DNA of 64,000 nt, from NCBI RefSeq assembly GCF_963921235.1, contig NC_086101.1, positions 11,286,001 to 11,350,000 on the forward strand. The letters run 5' to 3'. The notes under the pieces were generated by a model, which made no database searches, was not told where the DNA came from, and worked only from the letters and a program-made list of their open reading frames with translations. Shown here one piece after another: positions 38,491-51,825 of the stretch. Source of the DNA: Mobula hypostoma. Taxonomy: Eukaryota. Every line of letters begins with the position of its first letter. Positions within the stretch are counted from its first letter, which is position 1. A program made the position numbers and the translations under genes.

Positions 38491-38838
38491 GTGATTTTAT
38501 CCTACTTGTACCCGAACAGCCTTTTGTAGCAATCACAGGTGAAGATGTTGTACTGGATTGTGAGCTGCTCCCATCAACCTCTGCCAGCAACATGGCAGTG
38601 TGGTGGCTGAAATCAGATCTCAGCTCACCCATCCACGTGTACAGACATGGACAAGGTGATCCCCTTGCTCAACACCAGGATTACAGAGGAAGGACAGACC
38701 TGTTTAAAGATGAAATTACCGAAGGAAACATTTCCCTCAGATTAAAGAATGTAAGGCCAGACGATGAAGGGCGATATACATGTTCAGTTAAAGACAGAAT
38801 TGACTTCAAACAAGCTACAGTTGAACTGCGTGTTCACA
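38491..38838 (+). CDS. Butyrophilin/B7-family IgV exon 2 (348 bp, phase 1-1), duplicate of exon 1
   Basis: Same acceptor and A|gtgagt donor; open frame with both Cys, the Trp and the DxGxYxC motif intact. Confidence 0.92.
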
Positions 38839-41800
38839 GTGAGTATTATTGCCATTTGTACCAGGGTATAGTGGGAAGCTTTTGTTTTGCATGCCATCGA
38901 GTTAGATCATTTCATACACAAGTATATTGAGGTAGTAAAAATAAAACAATGTGGAATATAGTGGTGTTGTTGCAGAGAAATTACAGTGCAAGTAATTACA
39001 CAATTAGACAATAAGGTGTGAGGGCTGCATTGAGTTAGACTGGGGCTACAAGTGTTCATATCTCAGTGTGTGAGATGTCCATTCAGGAGTTTGATAACCA
39101 TGGCATAGAAACTGTCCTCGAGTCTGGTGGTTCGTGTTCTCGGGCCTTTGTATCTTCTGCTCAGTGGGAGAGGGGAAAAGAGAGAATGACAAGGGTGGGT
39201 GGGGTCTGTGATTATATCGGCTGCTTTCCCAACCCAGTAGGAAGTGTAGACAGAGTTAGTTGAAGAGTCTGGTTTGCATGAAGGACCAGGCGATTTTCAC
39301 AGCTCTTCAGTTTCTTCTCAAACCTTAGTCACAGACACAGAGAGAAGTCCAACACAGAAACAGGCCTTTTGTCCCATGTAGTCCATGCTGGACCACTTAA
39401 ATTGCCTACTCCCATCGACTGGCACTGGGACCATGGCCCTCCACCCCTCTGCCAACCATGTACATTACGAAACCAAACTTCTCTTCAACATTGAAATCGA
39501 TCTTGCATGCTCTGCTTGTGTTGGCAGCTTCTTCCACAATCTCACGGACCTCCGAGTGAAGAAGTTTTCCCTCATAAGCCCATTAAACTTTTCACCTTCA
39601 CCCTTAACTCATGAACTCTGGTTGTAGTCCCACCCAACCTCAATGGAAAAAGACTGCTTGCATTTACCCTATCTATACCCCTCATTATATTGTATACCTC
39701 TGTCAAATCTTCTGTCAGTCCTCTGTGTTCCAAGGAATAAAGTCCTAACCTATTCAATCTTTCCGCAACTCAGATCCTCCAAACCTGACAACGTTTTTGT
39801 AAAGTTTCTCTGTACTCTTTCAAACTTATTTACATCTTTCCTGTAGGTGGGTGACCAAAACTGTACACTATACTCCAAATAATACAACTTCAACATCGCA
39901 ACCCATCTCCTGTAGTCAAAACTTTCATATATGAAACATCTTCAAGTCAAGAAAAGTCAAGTTACTTTTATTGTTATTTCGAACATAACGGCTGGTACAG
40001 TACACAGTAAAAACGAGACAATGTTTTTCAGGGCCATGGTGCTACATGAAACAATACAAAACTACACTGAACTATGTAAAACAACACAAAAACTACACTG
40101 GACTGCAGACCTACCCAGGACTGCATAAAGTGTACAAAACAGTGCAGGCATTACAATAAATAATAACAAACAAGACAATAGCACAGTAGAGGGCAGAAGG
40201 TTGGTGTCAGTCCAGGCTCTGGGTATTGAGGAGTCTGACGGCTTGGGGGAAGAAACTGTTACATCGTCTGGTCGTGACAGCCCGAATGCTTCGGTGTCTT
40301 TTGCCAGATGGCAGGAAGGAGAAGAATTTGTATGAGGGGTGCGTGGGGTCCTTCATAATGCTGTTTATCTTGTGCCCTCCCTCCTACACCAACTCCTTAG
40401 CCAAATGTTAAAGGGTATAATCTTCCTATTTTTGTTCTCAATAGCATTTGGCATGGGTAGCAATCCTGAGATCATAACCCTGGACGCCCGGCCCTTTAAC
40501 TTGGCACCTAACTCCCTGAACTCACTTTGTAGAACAGCGTTACTCTTCCTACCTATGCCATTGGTACCTACATTGACCACATCCTCTGGCTGTTGACCAC
40601 CCACTTTGGAATGCTGAGGACTCGATCTAAGATGTCCAGGAGCTTGGCACCCAGGACGCAACATACCATCCAGGAATCTTGTTTTCATCCGCAGAACCTC
40701 ATTTCCATTCTCCTAAGTAAACAATAGACAAGAGACAATAGTTGCAGGAGTACGCTATTCAGACCTTCGAGCCAGCACCGCCTTTCACTGTGATCATGGC
40801 TGATCCTCCACAATCAATAACCCGTTCCTGCCTTCTCCCCATATCCCCTGACTCCGCTATCATTAAGAGCTCTGTCTAACTCTTTCATGGAAGCATCCAG
40901 AGAATTGGCGTCCACTGCCTTCTGAGGCAGAGCATTCCACAGATCCAGAACTGTCTGGGTGAAAAAGTTTTTCTTCAACTCCGTTCTAAATGGCTACCCC
41001 TGTACTCAAATTGTGGCCTCTGGTTCTGGACGCCCTCAACATCGGGAACATGTTTCCTGCCTCTAGCGTGTCCAATCCCTTAATAATCTTATATGTTTCA
41101 TCAGATCCCCTGTCATCCTTCTAAATTCCAGTGTATACAAGGCCAGTTGCTCCAATCTTTCAACATATGACAGTCCCGCCATCCTGGGAATTAACCTTGT
41201 GAACCTCCGCTGCACTCTCTCAATATGAAGAATGTCCTTCCTCAAATTTGGACACCAAAACTGTAAACGATACTCCAGCACGAGGAAATCTGCAGATGCT
41301 GGAATTTCAAGCAACACACATAAAAGTTGCTGGTGAACACAGCAGGCCAGGCAGTATCTCTGGGAAGAGGTACAGTCGATGTTTCGGGCCAAGACCCTTC
41401 ATCAGTCCTGAGAGTACCCCACTAGTCACTGCCTGCCATTCTACAAGGGACCTGTTAATCCCTACTCTTTGTTTCCTGTCTGCCAATTAATTTTCTATCC
41501 ATGTCAGTACCCTACCCCCAATACCATGTGCTCTAATTTTGCCCATCAATCTCCTATGTGAGACCTTATCAAAGGCTTTCTGAAAGTCCAGGTACACTAC
41601 ATCCAATGGCTCTCCCTTGTCCATTTTCATAGTTACATCCTCAAAAAATTCCTGATGATTAGTCAAGCATGATTTCCCCTTCGTAAATCCATGCTGACTC
41701 GGAGCAATCCTGTTACTGCTATCCAAATGTGCTGCTATTTCATCCTTTATAATTGACTCCAGCATCTTCCCCACCACTGATGTCAGGCTAACCGGTCTAT

Positions 41801-43680
41801 AATTCTCTGTTTTATCTCTCCTTCCTTTCATAAAAAGTGGGATAACATTAGCTACCCTCCATTCCTCAGGAACCGATCCTGAGTCTTTCGAACATTGGAA
41901 AATAATGACCAATGCCTCCACGATTTCTAGAGCCACCTCCTTAAGTACCCTGAGGTGCAGACCATCAGGCCCTGGGGATTTATCACCTTTCAGTCCCATC
42001 AGTCTATCCAACACCATTTTCAGTCCAATGTGAATCTCCGTCAATTCCTCCGTAACCCTAGGTCCTCCGGCCACTATTACATCGGGAGATTGTTTCTGTC
42101 TTCCCTAGTGAAACCAGATCAAAAGTACCTGTTCAACTCTTCTGCGATTTCCTTGTTCCCCATAATAAATTCACCTGTTTCTGTCTTCAAGGGCCCAATC
42201 TTTGTCTTAACTAATATTTTCCTCTTCACATTCCTAAAGAAGCTTTAACTATCCCATTTATATTCTTGGCTAGCTTGCCTTCGTATCTCATCTTTTCTCC
42301 CCGTATTGCCTTTTTAGTTATCCTCTGTTGCTCTTTAAAAGTTTCCCAATCCTCTGGCTTCCCGCTAAACTTTGTTATGTTATACTTCTTCTCTTTTATT
42401 TCTCCTTGTCAGCCATGGTCACTCCTTACTCCCCTTAGAATCTTTCTTCCTCTTTGGAATGAACTGATCCTGCACTTTCTGTATTATTTCCAGAAATACC
42501 TACAATTGTTGTTCCACTGTCATCCCTGCTACGGTATCTTTCCAGTCAGCTTTGGCCAGCTCCTCCCTCATGACTCCATAGTCCCCTTTGTTCAATTGTA
42601 ATACTGACACTTCTGATTTTCCCTTCTCCCTCTCAAATTATGGTTTAAAACTTATCATTTTATGGTCACTACCTCCTAATGACTCCTTTACTTCGAGTTC
42701 CCTTATCAAATCCGGTCCATTACACAACACTAAATCCAGAATTGCCTTCTCCCTGGTAGGCTCCAGTACAAGCTGCTCTAAGAATCCATCTAGGAGGCAC
42801 TCCACAAACTCCCTTTCTTGGGGTCCAGTATCAACCTGATTTTCCCAGTCTACCTGCATGTTAAAATCCCCCATAACAACCGTAGTATTACCTTTGCAAT
42901 ATGCCAATTTTAACTCTTGATTCAACTTGCACCCTATATCCAGGCTACTGTTTGGTGGCCTGCAGATAACTCCCATTTGGGTCCTTTTGCCCTTACAATT
43001 TCTCAGTTCTATCCATACTGACTCTACGTCTCCTGATTCAATGTCGCCCCTCGCAAGGGACTGAATTTCATTCCTCACCAACAGAGCCACCCCACCCCCT
43101 CTGCCCACCTGTCTGTCCTTTCGATAGGACGTATATTCTTGAATATTCATTTCCCAGCCCTGGTCCTCTTGCAGCCATGTCTCTGTTATTTCTACAACAT
43201 CATGCTTGCCAATTTCCAACTGAGCCTCAAGCTCATCCACTTTATTTCTTGTACTTCGTGCGTTAATATATAATACTTTGAATCCATTACTCCCTCACCT
43301 TTTACATCGATTCCTATTGCAATTGGCCATTCTCTCCAATCCCTTCCTGAGCTTTCTGCCCCGTTAATTCTGTTGTCTTTCTTAACTTTCCTTATTCTCT
43401 CTTTCCCTTTAATTCCATCCTTATATTTCCTCTCCTCCCCCCACTACTTAGTTTAAACACACCCGTGCAGCAGTGGCTGCCAGAATGCTGGTCCCCCGCC
43501 TGTTAAGGTGCAACCCGTCCCTTTTGTACAATTCATCCTTGCCCCAAAACAGATCCCAGTGGTCTAAGAATCTAAATCCCTGCTTCCCGCACCAGCTCCT
43601 CAGCCACACATTCAGATCCCTTATCTCCCTGTTCCTGCCCTCAACAGCACGAGGAACTGGAAGCAAACCGGAGATAACCA

Positions 43681-46591
43681 GTTTGGAATCTCCTGTGGGT
43701 AGGGTGGTGAAGAAACCTTTTGGTATGCTGGCCTTTATAAATCAGAGCATTGAGTATAGGGGTTGGGATGTAATGTTCAAATTCTACAAGGCATTGGTCA
43801 GGCCAAATTTGGAGCATTGTGTACAGTTTTGGTCACCAAATTATAGGAAAGATGTCAACAAACCACAGAAACCATAGAAAAACTACAGCACAGAAACAGG
43901 CCTTTTGGCCCTTCTTGGCTGTGCCGAACCATTTTCTGCCGAGTCCCACTGACCTGCACATGGACCATATCCCTCCATACACCTCCCATCCCAATAAATC
44001 TGTCCAATTTATTCTTAAATGTTAAAAAAGAACCTGCATTTACCACCTCGTCTGGCAGCTCATACCATACTCCCACCACTCTCTGTGTGAAGAAGCCCCC
44101 CCTAATGTTCCCTTTAAACTTTTCCCCCCTCAGCCTTAACCCATGTCCTCTGGGTTTTTTTCTCCCCTTGCCTCAGTGGAAAAAGCCTGCTTGCATTCAC
44201 TCTATCTATACCCATCATAATTTTATATACCTCTCTCAAATCACCCCTCATTCTTCTATGCTCCAGGGAATAAAGTCCCAACCTATTCAACCTTTCTCTG
44301 TAACTGAGTTTCTCAAGTCCCGGCAACATCCTTGTAAACCTTCTCTGCACTCTTTCAACCTTATTTATATCCTTCCTGTAATTTGGTGACCAAAACTGAA
44401 CACAATACTCCAGATTCGGCTTCACCAATGCCCTTTACAACCTCATCATAACATTCCAGCTCTTATACTCAATACTTTGATTAATAAAGGCCATTGTACC
44501 AAAAGCTCTCTTTATGACTGTATCTACCTGTGATGCTACTTTTAGGGAATTTTGTATCTGTATTCCCAGATCCCTCTGTTCTACTGTACTCCTCAGTGCC
44601 TTACCATTAACCCTGTATGTTCTAACTTGGTTTGTCCTTCCAACGTGCAATACCTCACACTTGTCTGTATTAAACTCCATCTGCCATTTTTCAGCCCATT
44701 TTTCCAGCTGGTCCAAGTCCCTCTGCAGGCTCTGAAAACCTTCCTCACTGTCCACTACAGCTCCAATCTTTGTATCATCAGCAAATTTGCTGATCCAATT
44801 TACCACATTATCATCCAGATCATTGATATAGATGACAAATAACAATGGACCCAGCACTGACTCTGTGGCACACCACTAGTCACAGGTCTCCACTCTGAGA
44901 AGCAATTCTCTACTACCACTCTTTGGCTTCTTCCATTGAGCCAATGTCTAACCCAATTAACCACCTCTCCATGTATACCTAGTGACTGAATTTTCCTAAC
45001 AAACCTCCCATGTGGGACCTTGTCAAAGGCCTTACTGAAGTCCATGTAGACAATATCCACTGCCTTCCCTTCATCCACTTTCCTAGTAACCTCCTCGAAA
45101 AACTCTAATAGATTGGTCAAACATGACCTACCACGCACAAAGCCATGTTGACTCTCCCTAATAAGTCCCTGTCTGTCCAAATGCTTGTAGATTCTGTCTC
45201 TTAGTACTCCCTCCAATAATTTACCTACTACCAACGTTAAATTTACCGGCCTATAATCTCCCAGATTACTTTTCGATCCTTTTTTAAACAACGGAACAAC
45301 ATGAGCCACTCTCCAATCCTCTGGCACCTCACCTGTAGACAGCGACATTTTAAATATTTCTGCCAGGGCCCCTGCAATTTCCACACTAGTCTCCTTCAAG
45401 GTCCGAGGGAACACCCAGTCAGGTCCCGGGGATTTATCCACTTTAATTTTCCTCAAGACAGCAAGCACCTCCTCCTTTTCAATCTGTACAGTTTCCATGA
45501 TCTCACTACTTGTTTCCCTTAATCCCATAGACTTCATGCCAGTTTCCTTAGTAAATACAGATGCAAAAAACCTACTTAAGATCTCCCTCATTTCCTTTGG
45601 TTCCGCACATAGCCGACCACTCTGATCTTCAAGAGGACCAATTTTATCCCTTACAATCCTTTTGCTCTTAATATACCTGTATAAGCTCTTTGGATTATCC
45701 TTCACTTTGACTACCAAGGCAACCTCATGTCTTCTTTTAGCCCTCCTGATTTCTTTCTTAAGTATTTTCTTGCACTTCTTATACTCCTCAAGCACCTTAT
45801 TTACTCCCTGTTTCCTATATATGTCATCCAACTCCCTCTTCTTTATCAGAGTTGAAATATCCCTTGAGAACTAAGGTTCCTTATTCCTATTCATTTTGCC
45901 TTTAATCCTGACAGGGACATACAAGCTCTGCACTCTCAAAATTTCTCCTTAGAAGGCTTCTCACCTACCGATCACATCTTTGCCAGAGAACAACCTGTCC
46001 CAATCCATGCTTTTTAGATCCTTTCTCATTTCTTCAAATTTGGCCTTCTTTCAGTTCAGAACCTCAACCCTAGGACCAGATCTATCCTTGTGCAAAATAG
46101 AGGGAGTACAGAGAAGATTTACTAGAATGTTACTTGGGTTTCATCACCTAAGCTACAGAGAAAGGTTGAACAAGTTGGGTCCTTATTCTTTGGAATGTAG
46201 GAGGTTGAGGGGGGACTTGATAGAGGTATTTAAAATTATGAGGGGGATAGATAGAGTTGACATGGATAGGCTTTTTTCATTGAGTGTGGGTGAGATTCAA
46301 ACAAGAGGACATGAGTTGAGTAAAAGGGCAAAAGTTTAGGGGTAACATGAAGGGGAACTTCCTTACTCAGAGAGTGGTAGCTGTGTGGAACGAGCTTCCA
46401 GCAGAAGTGGTTGAGGCAGGTTTGAAGTTGTCATTTAAAGCTAAATTGGACAGCTGTATGGACAGGAAAGGAATGGAGGGTTATGGGTTGAATGCAGGTC
46501 GGTGGGACTCGGTGAGACTAAGAGTTCGGCACGGAGTAGAAGGGCCGAGATGGCCTGTTTCTGTGCTGTAATTGTTATATGGTTATATGGT
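43681..46591 (+). mobile_element. 5'-truncated CR1 (copy B, same subfamily as copy A) with TSD taacca, split by a nested CR1
   Basis: taacca at 43675-43680 and 46592-46597; pieces 43681-43862 and 46093-46591. Confidence 0.9.
43863..46092 (-). mobile_element. 5'-truncated CR1 (family of 19660-23860) nested in copy B, TSD caaa
   Basis: 343-aa ORF 44800-45831 with YMDFSKAFD; caaa at 43859-43862 and 46093-46096. Confidence 0.95.
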
Positions 46592-47861
46592 TAACCACCC
46601 TGGAGGTCCTGCTTTTCAGCCTTCTTCCGAGTTCTCTGAAGTCATGCTGCAGAATTTCTTTCCTGCTCTTCCCGACGTCATTAAGTATCCCCTATCACCA
46701 CAGCTTTCCTCTGCTACTGCCCCCCCCCCACCTTCTCTTCTGAGTTAAAGGCCAGAAACCTAACTGCTGTGACTTTCCTCTGCCAGGTCACCACTTGGCA
46801 CAGTAACCAAAGTACCTGTTGTTGCGGTGGATGGCCGCAGGGGTACTCTTGTACTGTCTGTTGAACCCCTTTCCCCTTCTTGACTGTCACCCAGTCTCCT
46901 GTGCCACACCTTCGTTGTAACTACCTCTCTAATTATCCAATCTATCACCCCCTCAGTCTCCCAAATGATCCAGAGTTCATCCAGTTCCAGCTCCAACTCC
47001 TTAACACGGAGTGTTCGAAGCCACAGCTGGATGCACTTCATGTAGTTGTAGCTGTTGGGCTCCCTGTATTTCCGTATCCTGTAAGTGGAACATTCAACTA
47101 TGCTGCCTGGCATCCCAGTTGTTCTATCTGAGCAAATATAAAGAAAGAAAAACAATAATAAACTGTGGGGAAATAATTACCTACAGCTTTTCGTTTTCTC
47201 TCACTCATGCCTCTCCTCAGTGAAGCCTCGAAGAGCTGAAGCCTCAAAATCCCAATTCTATCTCTTTCCTCTCCACGGTCATTGCAACAATGGCTGCTCC
47301 ACTTTCCCCAGCCTTACTTTAGTTTCTCTTTGTCAATCAATCCCGAATGCTGATTGCACCATGCGGCTCAAAGCTCCAATCTGCCCCGAGCTGCTGTCTT
47401 TTCTACTCAATTGATGAACCACTCCTCTCAATAACTAGTATACCACTCTGAATGGCGTTGGGGGAATGACCTACTGGGGAAAGACACAGTGACCAGGGCT
47501 CTGGCACTGAGTCTGGTTCTGGGACTCAGAAGGGAAGGGGGTAGAAGATGAGTACAGTAGTGATCGGGGATTAGGGCTGAGGATGGTGCAGTTGCTACAC
47601 AAGCAAAGGCAGTGTGTAATAAAATTCCAGGAAGGACAGACAGGTAATAGAGCAACATTTCAGTCAGTGCAATGAGTTGCAGTGTAACGGGGGATGAAAT
47701 CGAAAAGGATTATGAATACAGGACAGGTGGAGTTATATCTGAATGCATGCAGTATATGAAATAAGGTAAATGATCTTGCAGCTCAGGTAGAGATTGGCAG
47801 GTATGACATTGTGGGCATCACTGAATCGTAGCTGAAAGAAGATTATAGTGGGGAACATCAT

Positions 47862-48275
47862 CATTATGATCAGCTAGGGCTTTACTCTTTGGAGAGAAGG
47901 AGGATGAGAGGAGACATGATAGAGGTGTACAAGATAATAAGAGGAATAGATAGAGTGGATAGCCAGCGCCTGTTCCTCGGGGCACCACTGCTCAATACAA
48001 GAGGACATGGCTTTAAGGTCATGGGAAGTGGGAAGTTCAAGGGGGATATTAGAAGAAGGTTTTTTACTCAGAGAGTGGTTGGTGCATGGAATGCACTGCC
48101 TGAGTCAGTGGTGAAGGCAGATAAACTAGTGAAGTTTTAAGAGACTACTAGACAGGTACGTGGAGGAATTTAAGGTAGGGGGCTTATATGGGAGGCAGGG
48201 TTTGAGGGTTGGCACAACATTGTGGGCCGAAGGGCCTGTACTGTGCTGTACTTTTCTATGTTTTCTATGTTCTAT
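47862..48275 (+). mobile_element. CR1 3' fragment (family of 13758-17890)
   Basis: RMRGDMIEVYKIIRGIDRVDSQRLF; ttctatg tail. Confidence 0.9.
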
Positions 48276-50291
48276 ATTGGGTAGGCTTACCAGATTAATT
48301 ACTATGAGAGTTATCATATCACGAGAGATCAGATAGTTTAGTTACTTTTTCCCTTGCAGTTTAGAAAACAATGGTTGAACTTGTCTGTTCAACTAACACC
48401 CTAATTGGGCTTCACAGGGCAGATACAGAAGTTTCCATTGGGTAACAGGACAGCACAGCACAGAACAGGCTCCTTGGCCAACAATATCAGTGGCAACCAA
48501 AATGCCTAATACAACTAATCCCATGTAATTGCATGTGATTGATATGCCCCCATTCCCTGTTTGTTCTTTTTTTCCTGTCTAAATGTATTTTAGACATTTT
48601 GTTTATACCCACTCCTCTCAGTTACCCTGTGACACATTCCAGACACTTTCTTCCTGCCCCCTAATCCTATGTCCAAGTACAAGATTTCCACTGGAGGAGA
48701 AAGCACTGACTAACTATCCTATGTACGCCTATCATATTTAAAATACTGTACATCAATCAGGATGCCCGTCGGCCTCCAACACTCCAGAGAAAACAATCTA
48801 TTTGTCCAACTTTGTGCTGTACTTAAAACTCTAAGACAACATTCTGTTAAACCAGTTCTGCACGCTCTCCTCCACTGTCCCCACATACCTTCTGTAATGT
48901 GGTGCACAGAATATTCCAGTTGTGACCTGACTAAAGTTTTGTGCTGCTGCAACATGACTTCCAGGCTTTTCTGATCGACGTCCCAATGGGTGAAGGCAAC
49001 GGTGCTGTAAGCACCTTTATCACCCTATTTACCTGCACACTTTCAGGGTGTTACGAACTCGCACCATAAGATTGCGCTGTACATCAACGCTTTTGAAAAC
49101 ATGGAATAGTACAGATTAGCAACAAGTTTTTACTCTCAATGTCTATGCCGTATTAAGCTAATCCCTTCCACCTGTACATGATCCACATCCCTTCATTCTC
49201 TGCACATTCACATGTCTGTCTGAAAGTATCGTCGATGCCACTGTCATAACTGCTTCCAACACTATCCCTATCAGCCTGTTTCAGTCACATGCTGCTCTCT
49301 GTTTAAAAAAAAATATATTCTGCATATGTCTATAAACTTTTTCCTCCCACTATTTGACATTTCTACTGAGAGGACAAGTTTCTGACTGCCTTCCTTATCT
49401 ATGCCTCTCATAACTTTTTAAACCTCTGTCAGGCATCCCTCCAGCCTATGATACTCCAGAGAAAGCAATCCAAGTTGGTCTAACTTCTGGTTATAGCTCA
49501 TACCTTCCAATCCCGGCAACAGGTATATTTCATGTCAAAGAAATGTGTACAATATACATCATGAAATTCTTTTTCTTCACAAACATCCATGAAAACAGAG
49601 GAGTGGCCCAAAGAATGAATGACAGTTAAATGTTAGAACCCCAAAGCCCTCTCCCAGCTCCCCTCCCACGCATAAGCAGCAGCAAAGAAGTTATCATCCG
49701 CCTCCCCCATCAGCAAAGAAGCATCAGCAACCCCACCGGACACTCAAGTGTGCAGCGAAGTATCAATAAAGACACAAACATGCAGTATCCCACAGACTAC
49801 TCATTCACCCGGTATTCGACATACCACAGGCTCTCTCTCTCTCCTTAATAAGGGAAAAAAGAGGTGTCCTCGTTTCACAGCAAGAGGGGAGATATAACAA
49901 AACAACTCGCTTATTTATGCTATTAAAAGTCTGTTGCATCACTTTTTCTGAGCTCTGTGCCCAAAGAACTCGGGTCTCTGGGCACACACAGCCAGCAACC
50001 AGCTCGCTTCTTTCGATCTTCCATCTCCCACCTCGCACCAGGTGGCAGCACGAACTTGAATCCACCCACCTCCAGAGCTACAAAATTCCGGCACCCTGAA
50101 GGCACGCTAGTCTTCTCGGCCACATCCTTGGCATGTCGCTCCCCTCTCCTTGTAGCTCATGCCTTCTAATCCAGGCAGCATCCTGGTACACCTCTTCCAC
50201 ATCCACTCCAAAGACACCATATCCTTCTTGGAATGGGGCAGGCAGAATTGCACATCAAATTCCAAGTACTGCCTAGACAAAGTTTTATAGA

Positions 50292-51753
50292 ACAACAACA
50301 ACAACAGCAACAGCAACAGCAACTACTTCTTCTCCTCCCCCTCCCTCCCCCTCCCCTCCCCCTTCCCCTCCCCCTCCCATCTTCAAGGTGCATTCCCACC
50401 ACCAATTGGACTGGAGTGTGGTGTAGAGAGTTGAGACATAAAACTCCTACTAGTTCCTTATCAAATGAAAACTAAATTACCCCAAAGATTTTGAAAATAA
50501 TGAAGGACAATATTGTGAATTAAATTCAAGTCACTTCTATAACTTAGTAAAGTTTTCAAATGAAAATTATCAACCCCCCCGCCAAGCTAGTACTGTAGTG
50601 CAGCCTGAATTTGCTTTCTTTCAACCTTCTAAGCTTCACATTGTAAAAGATGTTCAACTGTTTCATAATGATAAAACCTACACATCCCAGAGTGATGTTT
50701 TCCAACAAGATACAAGGAAGAATTAACCATAGAATGCCCAATTCTAAGTCAAGTCAATATAGTTCCTTCCTTCTTGTTTTACCCTCTTTTCTCATCAATC
50801 AAACTTTTTTGTGTATTCTGTATTCATAACTTATGCCCATTATCCTATGTCTTGCCATAATCCCCTAATTCTTAACTCCACCAACCCCTTAACTTCTGAT
50901 TTGTTAAGTGGAAGGTCGATATCCACAGGTGAACTTTTAACAGCTTTTTTGGCCAAACAATCAACTCACTCATTCCCCTCAAAACCTCTGTGTGCAGGGA
51001 CCCATAAGCAGAAGACATGCAGACCAATGCTTTGAATATGAAATAAAGTTTGAAGAGCTTCCAGCAGTAAATCTGACCTACTGCTGGAATGAGCTGTTTT
51101 GAGAAAAAGAAACTGAACAAATTACAACTTTGCGAGGACAAATTTCCTCCACCCACTCTCAGCCCAAAATGCTGGCAACCGATTGTGCTGTATATACAGA
51201 TAAACGGTTAGTAAGATGTTTCTTTATTGTTACATGTAATTCAGGCACAAAAACAGCCACACCAGCATTCCCTGTTAAATTCTCTTTAGATCCATCAGTA
51301 AAAATGGTTAAGATATCATAATTTTTTTTTTACCATATTGATGAACCAACAGACTCTCAGGCATATCAGGATCCTTCGATTTGATTAACTCATGCAACCT
51401 GATAAAGCCATTGGAAAAATTCAGGGTGGGGTTACAGAGAAAGCTACAGTGGGACATATTGCCTAATATAACAAACCTATTCCTAGCGTGACAAGAACCC
51501 AGCCACCCAGAACTAAAAATGCTCTTCTTGTGATGTTCCTGACAATCTTCCAGCACGCTTTTAACAGGGTGATCATTGCTCTAACCCCTCAAATTAATCC
51601 AGTATGCTTCTACCTACACAGCTGTAAGGGGACGACCATATCAGACCACAACGCAGTCTTAAAGCCCGTGCTTGTATCACATCCAAACATTTTACATTTG
51701 AAGATGAAGCTGATCCATAAGCCACACAGCTATAATCAAGTACAGATCTTATT
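50292..51753 (-). mobile_element. Nimb/I-group LINE 3' portion with RNase H domain, 12-bp TSD and microsatellite tail
   Basis: Manual minus-strand translation: LIRSVLDYSCVAYGSAS...LDVIQARALR, IFTDGSKE...SVYTA, LWVPAHRGFEGNE; TSD aagttttataga at 50280-50291 and 51754-51765. Confidence 0.8.
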
Positions 51754-51825
51754 AAGTTTTATAGAGCTGTATCATGACTTCCTGACTCCTGTACTGTATG
51801 GCCCTTGTGATGAAGGCAGGCATTT

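Larger units (their letters stand above)
31618..43683 (+). repeat. Tandem segmental duplication, ~6.06-kb unit (31618-37674 and 37675-43683), each with an IgV exon
   Basis: Offset of 6057 at both the CR1 start and the exon acceptor; ORFs are paired between units (e.g. 33009/39066, 35439/41487, 36539/42638). Confidence 0.97.
40725..47330 (-). mobile_element. CR1 LINE (40725-43680, with ORF1/5' part resuming at 46598), host of two nested insertions
   Basis: ORF1 sequence ggagataacca resumes as taaccaccctggaggtcctgc at 46592; zinc-finger remnant VECSTY...MKCIQL in ORF 46760-47155. Confidence 0.88.

Noticed and set aside
31618..43683. Duplication as an assembly or haplotype artefact
   Set aside because: About 6-7% divergence in the exon and a mechanistically coherent chimeric junction argue for a real duplication; long reads would settle it.
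50233..50475. PolyQ/polyL/polyP ORF and its minus-strand polyC/GR mirror
   Set aside because: Translation of a microsatellite at a LINE tail, not a gene.
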